25,226 nt of DNA, from positions 1 to 25,226 of the forward strand of contig CDMY01000744.1 of NCBI GenBank assembly GCA_001179505.1, written 5' to 3'. This DNA comes from Vitrella brassicaformis CCMP3155. Its lineage: Eukaryota; Protista; Chromerida. A model generated the notes under the pieces. It was given only the letters and a program-made list of their open reading frames with translations, was not told the origin of the DNA and did no database searches. Position 1 is the stretch's first letter. Each line of letters begins with the position of its first letter. Of this stretch, positions 10,879-20,692 are shown in pieces. Both the position numbers and the translations under genes were made by a program.

Positions 10879-10962
10879 GGCCGTCCAGACGGCACTCAAG
10901 AAGGCTGAAACGCCCCAAACGGTCGTCCATACGGCACCGAAAAAGGCTGAAACGCCCCACAT
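10879..10962. repeat. Two-copy 42-bp imperfect tandem repeat just upstream of the paralog-1 start
   Basis: ggccgtccagacggcactcaagaaggctgaaacgccccaaac / ggtcgtccatacggcaccgaaaaaggctgaaacgccccacat. Confidence 0.9.
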
Positions 10963-11446
10963 CCTTATCGCCCCACTCCACAATGTTTACGAAAGTCGTA
11001 AATGCCTGGGGTGGGGCTCGCCGCTTTTCTCTGTGCGAGTACGCAAGTACTATTTGTTCATGTGCAGATAAACACTTTCCGTCCACAGATGTACTGTACA
11101 CGAGAGAGTGAGCATGCACAGCAGCACAGAGGCAGACCGACGGAGCTCGACACACTCGGACAATGTGTGTGTCTTCGCGCCAAATGCCCCGCGACTGTAC
11201 AGACCCGCACTTAGCCACCTTCGTACGCCCACAGGCCATACACACAGACACGCAGCTATCCACCCTACACAATCGCCCAGACCCACAAAGAATAATAAGA
11301 CCCATTGGTCGGTCGCAGTAGCCACTTAGTGAGTCAGCCGATCAGTCAGCCACTCGCCCCTTAACCAACAAAAGTAGGCCCACGCCCATTCCTTGTCCAC
11401 CGCTCCTCCCATGCACACACATATGACGAATTTGTTTCGTCATTCG

Positions 11447-12754
11447 TCACGCATATGCCCCCTCCCCACCCTCTTCGCCCCTCCCCTCTGTCCCATCGGC
11501 TTGCTTGTCTGCCTGCAGTGCTGCCATCGACCCAGCCGCTGTCTTGGTGCTCTGCTTCTGGTTTCGCAGCTCCACAGTGAAGTAGACGATAAGAGTGACG
11601 ACCACCACCAGCAGCCCCCCGAACGATAACAGGCCCGGCACCTCACCAAACACGGCGAACACGAGCAGAGGGGCGAGGGGGATCTCCAGCAGCGTCAGCA
11701 GCGACACTTGTGCGGGCAACAGATACCTCGCTCCGGCGGAGAGGGCGGTGAATGCGAGGGGCTGGATGAGGATGCCGTGGACGGCGCACCAGAACACGCC
11801 ACTCGGCCCGCCCTCCGCTGCTACTTTGGCAAAGTTGAGGCCGTCTGCGAAGACGTAGCCGCAGACCACCCCCAGTACGAGCGCAAACACGCCCGTCCAC
11901 GTGTTGCAGTAGACGACGTCAAAGTGCTCCACCCTCCGGGCGGCCAGCTTCGAGTAGAAAAACATCGAGCCCCACACCACCGACATGATGAGCGCCAGGA
12001 AGATGCCGAACAGCCCCTTGCCCTCCCCGCCCTGCTGCTCCCCCAGACATATCATGGCCACTCCGGCCGCCGTGCCCAACATCGCCAGCCACAGCCGCAG
12101 AGTGGTCGGCTGCCGCAAAACCAGCCAGCTGCACAGAGCAGCGAACAGGGGCGAAGTCGCCAAAATGCCCATCACGTTGGCCGCAGTGGTCTCCATGATC
12201 GCCCATGGCAGGAGGTTCTGCGCCCAGCCCAGCAGAAAGGCCGCTATCAACCCTGTCGTCCCGATGGTCCGCCTGACGTTGCCGTCCCGCACCAGGATGG
12301 TCGTCAGCTTCTCGCAGGTTTTCCTGCTTTGGGCGATCTTCTGGCAGAGCAAACAGAGGGCTATCGAGGGCAGAAGGAAGAGCTGCCGGATGACGATGTA
12401 GGTCCACAGGTCGAGAGCGTTACCAGCCAGCCGAATCACGACGGGCGCCGGTGCCAGCGCGATGACGCCCACCATGACGATGTGCACGCCCTTGACGGGG
12501 TCAGACAGACCCTCCCACCACCTCGCCATGCCGTTACACCGCTCCCCGTCTGCCTCTGCCGCCACCTCTATCGACAGCTCGGTGAGGTCCTTTTTGCCTG
12601 GCGTGGGCATCTGCTCCTGGTCGGCATCTGGAGCTGCGGACAGACCGGGGGATGTGGTGGCGGCGGACAGCCCGGGGGACGTTGTCGTGGCGGTCGCAGA
12701 TGCCACGTATGTCACCTCCGCAGAGTCTTCGCCCACCTGCAGGGCCGCCGCCAT
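11447..12754 (-). CDS. EamA/drug-metabolite transporter (DMT) family protein, 435 aa, intronless
   Basis: One ORF with about ten hydrophobic segments in two halves. TTAANVMGILATSPLFAALCSWLVLRQ and GARYLLPAQVSLLTLLEIPLAPLLVFAVFGEVP..GG match EamA repeat patterns. Low-complexity N-terminal extension. Confidence 0.85.
   Translation of the reverse strand: MAAALQVGEDSAEVTYVASATATTTSPGLSAATTSPGLSAAPDADQEQMPTPGKKDLTELSIEVAAEADGERCNGMARWWEGLSDPVKGVHIVMVGVIALAPAPVVIRLAGNALDLWTYIVIRQLFLLPSIALCLLCQKIAQSRKTCEKLTTILVRDGNVRRTIGTTGLIAAFLLGWAQNLLPWAIMETTAANVMGILATSPLFAALCSWLVLRQPTTLRLWLAMLGTAAGVAMICLGEQQGGEGKGLFGIFLALIMSVVWGSMFFYSKLAARRVEHFDVVYCNTWTGVFALVLGVVCGYVFADGLNFAKVAAEGGPSGVFWCAVHGILIQPLAFTALSAGARYLLPAQVSLLTLLEIPLAPLLVFAVFGEVPGLLSFGGLLVVVVTLIVYFTVELRNQKQSTKTAAGSMAALQADKQADGTEGRGEEGGEGAYA
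12636..12689 (-). repeat. 27-bp in-frame duplication (TTSPGLSAA x2) in the DMT N-terminus
   Basis: Visible in DNA and in the translation. Confidence 0.85.
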
Positions 12755-12964
12755 GACGAAAACCCCACCCCCTCGAGAAAGATGGACAACGGAAGGCCAA
12801 CAGTCACCCCTGCCTTCCTCAAAGCCTGCAGAAAGGACTTCAAAACCTTTCGTTCCCGTTTTCGAACGGCTTGACCACTGGCCTTTTTCGGCCCACTACA
12901 AGCTCGCAGAAACTGGGGAATGGTTTATTCTATCTGTAGCTCCCCGTCTACTCACTGAAGCGCG
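12755..12964. promoter_or_regulatory. Putative bidirectional promoter between divergent DMT and ATEL1-like genes (210 bp)
   Basis: Inferred only from the head-to-head start codons at 12754 (-) and 12965 (+); no motif identified. Confidence 0.45.
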
Positions 12965-14471
12965 ATGAACGGGGTGACGTCAAGTGCGGCGGATATTCTC
13001 GATGACCAAGATGCATCGGGGAGCTCCATTGGCGCCCCGTCGTATCCTGTTGAGCCGATGGCAGTCTATACGGAGGAGGAGGTTCGGCGCCTCAGCGCCA
13101 TGGCCAAGCAGACCAGCACCATGTGGAATCTCTACGTGAGCGCTAACACGCACGCCGCCCACGCACAGGCAGAGAGGTGAATCAGGGCGTTCTGTCTGCA
13201 TCTGCCTGTTGTCTGCAGCCGGAGTTGTTTCCCGGCGTCAATCTGGAGGCGAGCGTGCCGATCCTCGTGGATAAGTACCACTACGGTAAGTCACTGAAGT
13301 ATGGCCAGTCACAGCCAGCTGTGACGTGACTGTCCTGCTCGGCTCTCTCTGTGCTTTGCCTTCACAGGCGATTTCTGTTGGAGTCCTGTTATCTCTGCCC
13401 CTTGGATAGCCGAGCTGATGGATCACGGCTTCATCACCATGGCCGAGAGGCTCCGCATCCGCACCGCGCCCGCACGAAGACCCGCCCCCAAACTCTCCCC
13501 GTCAAGCAGCAGCAGCAGCGCCGCCGCCGCTGCTGCCAGCGGCAGCACACGGACCAACGAGAGTAGAGATGGCGACAGGGGTGGTCTCGGTGGCAGTGTT
13601 GTGCGAGATGTGTATCTGCTGCTGCCGAAGCTTCATCGGGAGAGGTGTGTGTTGATGCCTGACGGGCGGCACCTGCACGTGGGCAAGAAGGTCAAGAAGC
13701 GGAGCAAGATGTTCTGGGCGACCGTCGACCAAGCATTCGATCAGGTGGGTGGGGAGGGAGGGAGGGTGTGCCTTCTCGCCGATCGCAGGCAGCTGTGGCG
13801 TTTGGTGTTGTGTGTGGGTGCACAGGTGGTTGAGGGCTGTCACGAGCAGCACGGTGAGAGTCAGAGGCACGCACCTGCACACCAGCACTCTCCCTGCATC
13901 TCTGTTGTCCCTTCCTATGTTCCCTCAGGCTTCAACTGGCTCCACCCTCCTCTCGTCAGAGTCAGAACCACACAACGACACACACAGACATACACACACA
14001 CATCGAGCATTGATTTCTTCCCTCCCCCTCTGCCCCTTTGCCATTCAGGAGTTCCGTCAGATGTTCTTCAACGGCGTGGGCCGCGACCGCGGCATCCACC
14101 TGCACTCTTTCGAAGTCTGGCAGAAGAAACCATCGCGCACACAGGACGGCGAGGAGGGGGAGAGAGAGGGGGCGGACACCTCCCTGCTGCTGGACGGCGA
14201 CGCATCGTCGGGGGAGGTGACGATAGACGACATGCAGCTGGTGGCGGGGGAGCTGGGAGGTACGCCTGTGAGCTCGCTTCTTCTTTCGTCAGCCTGTGTG
14301 TGTATGGTTGTTGTGTGTTGTTGTCTGTCAGTTCGTGTGGGTGGTTGTTACACGAGCCTGACGGGGTTCTACCGTGGCGACTCGGCCGGCAGCATACAGC
14401 TGGCCGTCACGGGCAAACTGCTCGAACAAGAGGGTACTCACAAAGCCAACATCTCCCCCATCTGATTTGCA

Positions 14472-14503
<32 letters not shown>

Positions 14504-15255
14504 TTGATGCGTCCGGCAAGGGTTTCTGTTGTGGGACTTGGGCATGTTCATTCAGTACAAGCAAGACATGGGCGCCATCGTAATTCCCAGAAGAGACTTC
14601 GTGCAGAGATTCAACGCTGCAAGAACCAAGGTACACGGTTTTCGGCCTGTGGCTCTCTGTGGCTGGCCGCTCTTCATCTGTGTGTGTGTGTGTGCAGCGT
14701 GAGTGTCGTTTGCTGATGCCCCGACCAGTCAACTGTGCCGACATCATCAAGAAGGAGCCCCCCGTCGCCCCAACCGACAACAATCCCACCTTTGCTGCTG
14801 CTCCTGATGGAGCTGCTGCTGCAGGTATGTGTATCCAAGCCAAGCCAGCCCAGAGCATTGACCATGCACACTGCCTCTCTCTTTGTGTCTTTGCCCACAC
14901 AGCGTCAGCTTCAGCGTCAGCGTCTGCATCTGCATCTGCTCCCACGCCCATGGCCACCTCCCCGCCCCTCAACCCCACACAACCACACCCTCACCAGCAC
15001 CAACAGCAACAGCAACAGCATGACAACACACAGCCGAGCAAGAAGGAGAAGAAGAAGAGCCAGCGGAAAAGAAGGCTCGAGCACAACAAGGCAAACACAA
15101 ACACCGCCAGCAGCAAGGCAGACGACATGCAGCAAGGGGAGCATGTTGCTGCTGGTGGTGAGGAAGCGCAAGGGCGAGAGGGAGGGGGTGAGGGTGTGGG
15201 TGTGGGTGTGGTGAGGGTGGCAGAGCTGGTCGGTGATGACGATGACGGGTGGTAG
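12965..15255 (+). CDS. Leucyl/phenylalanyl-tRNA-protein transferase-fold enzyme (Aat family, ATEL1-like), ~523 aa, 10 exons
   Basis: Spliced product: YHYGDFCWSP, ELMDHGFITMA, LLLPKLHRERCVL, LHVGKKVKK, TVDQAFDQVVEGCHEQHGFNWLHPPL, HSFEVW, LVAGELG..VGGCYTSLTGF, GSIQLAVTGKLLEQEGFLLWDLGMFIQYKQDMGA..IPRRDF. Exons 12965-13135, 13219-13285, 13368-13744, 13826-13853, 13929-13954 (or 13960), 14049-14259, 14332-14433, 14521-14630, 14698-14824, 14903-15255, phase-consistent. The 3' end may instead splice across the gap at 15274. Confidence 0.85.
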
Positions 15256-15273
15256 AGGGTGTGTGGGTGGGGG

Positions 15274-15573
15274 NNNNNNNNNNNNNNNNNNNNNNNNNNN
15301 NNNNNNNNNNNNNNNNNNNNNNNNNNNNNNNNNNNNNNNNNNNNNNNNNNNNNNNNNNNNNNNNNNNNNNNNNNNNNNNNNNNNNNNNNNNNNNNNNNNN
15401 NNNNNNNNNNNNNNNNNNNNNNNNNNNNNNNNNNNNNNNNNNNNNNNNNNNNNNNNNNNNNNNNNNNNNNNNNNNNNNNNNNNNNNNNNNNNNNNNNNNN
15501 NNNNNNNNNNNNNNNNNNNNNNNNNNNNNNNNNNNNNNNNNNNNNNNNNNNNNNNNNNNNNNNNNNNNNNNNN
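15274..15573. other. Assembly gap, 300 N, flanked by G-rich sequence and a poly-G run
   Basis: N run counted; poly-G at about 15574-15598. Confidence 0.99.
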
Positions 15574-15776
15574 GGGGGGGGGGGGGGGGGGGGGGGGGCT
15601 GTGTGTCGATGGAGGCTGTCTGTCTCCCTGTGTGGCAAGCTTGCTTGTTTGTCAATCTTCTTTGTATAGCTGACTGAGTCAGACTGACTGACTGACTGCC
15701 TCACGCTTCTTTGTGACGGACTGAGATGAGCAATGGCCGTGACCCAAAGATGAAAGATGAACAGAATGAGATGAAC

Positions 15777-16109
15777 TTAGAGAAAGACAACCCCCCGTGC
15801 ATCCGCCTGCACTCGGTGCTCCTCCGGCTGCATGAGAATCGCCATCGGTGACAGCCTCCTGCTCGGCCGCCGTGTGTCTTCTATTGCCTTGCTCTCAGCT
15901 GATGGCGCAAGGGGTGGCAGAGCGGGGTGAGACACCGGCTCATGGTGTGCCAATGTTTGTGTTGGCATGGTTGGTATTGTGCGGGTGGGTGGTGGCTTGG
16001 GTGGCCTGGCGATGGCCCTGCCGATGTCGCTCCACTTGTGGTCGAAATCCTTGTTCTGAGACAGACAGACAGAGGGAGCCAAGAGAGACAGACAGACACC
16101 AGTGAATAG

Positions 16110-16145
<36 letters not shown>

Positions 16146-16533
16146 TTTTGATGGCACCGGAGGCAGAGGGAACAGGTTGGGCATGTCATTCGCCGCGTGG
16201 CTGAGTATGTGCCAGTTCTCTCTGCATTCACAAAGGCACAAAGAAACGCTCACTCAAGAGACATCCTGCCTCAACTGTGTGTGCGCATGCGCGAGTGTGT
16301 GAGAAGGACACCGATTGTCTTGCCTCCACATCTTCTGGGCTCGCTTGACGCTCCACAGCATCGACGACCGCTGAATGCATGGCAGAGCCCCCAGACACCC
16401 CCGTCATCCCACACACGATGAAAGCCTCAGTCGGTTTTGGAGCCTACCGGGAAGACCCTCTCGTGCGTGTTGAGGAACCGCTGAGAGCACTCGCCTGACG
16501 CCGGTCCGCGAGGCACTGACAAGCAGGCGCACA

Positions 16534-16568
<35 letters not shown>

Positions 16569-18779
16569 GTCTGCTATAGGTGCTGCTGTGTGGTGATGGT
16601 GTGTATGGCTTACGTATCGCTTCTGAGGCACACTGTCGCAGCACAGGCGAGCGCTCGTAGTGTCTGCCCACGGCGCCCCTCTGGCTGATCAGCTCTGCAG
16701 ACAGACAGACAGACAGACAGACGTGCCACCCTCAGTCGATGGACCAAGACTCATGTGACGAGAGAAGATACCGGCCCTCCGCTGCTTGGCCTTCTCGCCA
16801 GTCCTCTGGATGCGATCGCTGATCCGCTTGGATGACTGCGGGTGGAGACAGGCAGGGAGGCAGGCATGTGTGTAGACGTGTGTGTGTATGTGTGTGTCTC
16901 ACGTCTTTGAAGAGAACGGTGTCATCCTCTGGCAGGAGCGGCGAATCGATGCCTAAAGACACCACAAAATGTTGCAATTAGGGGAGAGAGGGGGGACGAG
17001 ACATCTCTCTGTTTCTCCCTTCCTCTCTCCCTCCCTCCCTCCCTCCCTGTCTCACCGACGATTCCCCTGCTGAATGTGTTGCGAATGACGCGGGTCCTCT
17101 TGGACTGGAGACGCACCTCTGGCATAATGGCCTCCAGCTGACATGGTACGCACACACCACAACGCCAATGAGCAGAGAGGGGGAGGCCAGAACATGTGGC
17201 ACCTCGTCCATTAGTGTCTTCATCCTCCAGTGTTCCTCCCGCCGCTGGTGCGGTGTCATCAGCCGCTGCTGCGAGTACAGATCGTGAAGCTCACGGGCGA
17301 TCTCCTCTTGCTAGTGCGCGGAGCGGGAGAGAGACATGGACACACGCAGCGGGTCTTTGTCTTACTTACCCTTCTGCGTTTGTCCTCGGTCGAGTCGATG
17401 CGCACGCACCCTCTCTTCCTCTCTGCACGTGCACACAGACATAAGACGCTCTCTCTCCCCCATCCCAGGCACCTCCAGGCTGCAGATCTGCCATCGGCAT
17501 CGGCAGATTGTTCAGATCGGCTCCCTGAAAAGACACCAAACGCACAACCACGCACGCCCCACAAATGCAGGCCATCCATCCATCCATCTAGCCATGCCCC
17601 TCCTCACCTGATACAGGGGTACATGCCTGGGCACCCCCCTGAATTCAGGCGACGGCCTGGCGCCGTGGGGGAGAGGCATGGACCGATCAAACACCCAAGG
17701 GGATGTCGCTGCGGCTTCTCGGGCCCTGTTGAAGGGGCTGGGGTGGCGCTGTCCATGGTCAGGCTCCACAAAGGGCCGCTGAGGGGAAGACAACCGAAGG
17801 GAGGGAGGGAGGAAAGGTGATGGACGAACTGAAGTTCTCTCTTCCTTCGCACCAGTTTCTCTGCCGCACACGGCCTCTCATCCAGTGGCAAGTGCCGGAG
17901 TGGTGAATACGACATGGGTTTCCAATCAATCCAATCCCCCCAGGCAGGAGCAATGAATGCTTTGGAAGCGAAAGGGGGCCGTGCGTTCAGCTGTTTTTCG
18001 CTGTCCTGGAGGACGGTGCGAGGACCCCTTTCGAATCCGAGCACGACAAGGAAGGGTCTGAGAAAAAATTGACTTCCTCCGGCCGAAGCTCTGCGAGCTG
18101 TCGATCTGCGGCAGATCTTCGAAGGTGACTTTCTGAGGCAAAAAAGACCGCTTCCTCCACAAAGATAACTCGCCATTGCAAAAAGATAGACCATCCAAAG
18201 AGACAGCTTCTTGACCCAAAAAGACAGCCTCCTGACCAAGCAGTCAACTTGCTGCTGCCGAAAGATGGCCTTCTCATGCAGCATGACAGCCTTCTGATCC
18301 ACAGACCTTAGACGGCCTTTCTTCTGATCCACAGACCTTAGACGGCCTTTTGACCAGCCTGACAGCTTCTCGGTCGCAATCACACCCTTTGCAATGAGAG
18401 TGACGACTTTTTGACCACCACATGCAACGTCACTGTCACCACACACACACACACACAGACACAGACACAGACACACATCGAGGCATGAGGGTAGGACGGC
18501 CAAGAGGGTCTGAAAAGCCATATGTACAAGTACAGGTCGGGCGTGGTCCGCGAAGGCCAAACAGAACATGACGAAGAGCGCAGAAACCGCCCTGTCAAGG
18601 TGCATAAAAGACCAGCCATGCAACTCATGCGATTTATGTGTACAGCATGGCGACTTACTTCTCAGCGGTATCATAGCATCTCGTTGTGCGGCCTGACACA
18701 CACACCAGCACACACATGTGCATGACACATAATGATGAATTGGCGTACGGCATCCTCTCGCGTGCACTTGCATACCCAT
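15777..18779 (-). CDS. Multi-exon hypothetical protein (~16 exons), no recognised domain
   Basis: Phase-consistent GT..AG chain from 17778 down to TAA 15779-15777: RPFVEPDHG..VPLYQ|GADLNN..|RKRGCVRIDSTEDKRRR|QEEIARELHDLY..LMDE|LEAIMPEV..|IDSPLLPEDD..|SSKRISDRIQ..|..RFLNTHERVFP|RSSMLWSVKRAQKMWRQDNR|ENWHILSHAAN..|NKDFDHKW... Upstream exons (18432-17853 and small exons up to ATG 18779) are also phase-consistent but less protein-like. Confidence 0.65.
18120..18420. repeat. Degenerate ~21-nt tandem array including a perfect 30-bp duplication at 18291-18350
   Basis: Units caaagagacagcttcttgacc (18196-18216), caaaaagacagcctcctgacc (18217-18237), ccgaaagatggccttctcatg (18258-18278), cagcatgacagccttctgatc (18279-18299); cttctgatccacagaccttagacggccttt x2. 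Confidence 0.8.
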
Positions 18780-20692
18780 TCAAATCAGAGCGAACAGGAC
18801 CTCTGCCGCCACCGCCGAGACCACCGGATGTGTGAACGCTCTTCGTACGCCTTGACGGATGGACGAAACGATGCGCCTGCTGCCGTCGCCATCGTCAGCA
18901 GCAGCACATGCAGGTACCCCGTCACGACTCAGCCGACTGAGGGCAGACACCCCTGACACACACACGGCACATGACAGATCGACCTGATGGCGCTCTCTGC
19001 GGCTGCCTTCTTGCTCCCGCCCCTCCCCCATCCACACACATTCGTGCGTACCCATTCCAGCAGGTGCATGGCCGTCCTTGTGCGATGCGCGGGCACCTCC
19101 CTCACGCCAGATCCGCCACGCCGAGCTGCTCAGTGCACGAACCCGCCACGCCTCGTCAGATTCGACTCGATGGATGGTCGGTCACACGTGTGGAAAAGAT
19201 GGGCGGTCGGTCATCACATTCATTAGCAGCACTGTAGCGCATCGACAGACACGCAGACCATCCAAGAAGGGCCACAGCTGCCGGCGACGAGAACAACACG
19301 CCGCAGAAGGTAGACAGACGGCTGCACACAGCGAACACACACATGCACACCCCACACGTTCCGCAATGTCCAGCCATTGATGTAGATGTGTGTGGTACTT
19401 GCGAACACGGGGAAGAGGACGGAGGGAGGCCGATCGCGATGGCGCACACGTATCCGTCTGAGTGTACAATACACACACGCCTGCAGAAAGCGGAACGCAC
19501 ACAGAGAGAGAACCGAGATGAGCACAGACGCTGTGAGCGAGTGAATGAGTACGTACACGTGTACACAGACACGCAGAGGAAGGCATCGCAGGCCAGTCGC
19601 ACGCCCAACACGATGCATTACACATACAGATCCATCACTCACTGTGCGCACCTCGTTTGTTCTCCTCGCCTTCGGTGACGACCGTGACGCACCCCTCGAC
19701 GCGTAGACGAACCCTGTACACACACAACGAAGCAAAACACAGTGAAATCGTCTCGTGACGGATCTTGCGCATTGTTTACTTGCGACCATTGTTTCTCTCG
19801 ATTGCCGTTGGGTTGTTTCCATGTTTTTCACCATTGTGTCGCTCTGACACCATCCTGTACACATCACCCAACACAATCACACCAATCACAAGCAAAATCA
19901 GCCACCGTTTGGCCATGCTTTGCCGCCCTCTCACTGTGTCTGTCTGCCACTCTCTCCGCCGCCATGTGAAGCAACAGCCACCCCTCCCCTTCACCGCCCG
20001 TCACTCCGCTTGGCCCAGCGATGCGTTTCGGGTCGTGAGCGTTGTTCCATCTGCCTGATACACACAGACAAAGCAGTGCAAGTAACGAGAAGGCTCTCGG
20101 GCGGGGAGATACACATGATACACATACAAACACACACCATGAGAGCTCTTTGAGTGTCTGCCCGTCACCTTGCCCACCCTCCCGTACAGTGAAAGAGTGA
20201 GTGAGCATTTTTGCAATGCAATGGCTCTCAGGAGCTTGCCGACGCCTCTCCCTCCACCCTTTGACAGCCTCCTGCTGCCTGTTGGTAGTTGACAGTCATC
20301 TTTCGAGTCGGCTGGCTTCAGCGGCCGATGTCAGCCGGTCCTCTGCCGTCACTGTCGACTCATCCAATGCATCGCCGCCCCTCTGCACATGAGAGAGCCT
20401 ATCAAACAGCGATGAACCAGCCTCACTCCTGCCGTGTTTTTTTGTTTGTTTGTTGGCCTCAGGTGAGATGATGGTCTCGAGATCAGCGCGTGACGATCTT
20501 GGCCAAAAGTCGCGTTTAGATGCATCTGCGACAATTGTGGTGCATCCTTCTCTGTCGTGCGGCTCCCGCAAAGCGTCCAAGCGACAGCCATTGATATCCT
20601 CGGCCACAGAGCGAGTAGAGAAAGCTTTCTTTGCCCTTCCCCCCACCAATTCAACCAGAGGGCGCCGCCATCAGCTCACCTGAGCCACCATA

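Noticed and set aside
11708-12874. 388-aa plus-strand ORF opposite the DMT gene
   Set aside because: Antisense shadow of a high-GC3 CDS.
13418-14716. 432-aa single ORF
   Set aside because: Only its first part is in the coding frame; the rest reads through introns and off-frame exons of the transferase gene.
14969-15704. ORFs spanning the third gap; poly-G and G-quadruplex-like flanks
   Set aside because: Gap-spanning translations are meaningless. The poly-G next to Ns may be a sequencing artefact or simply the cause of the break.
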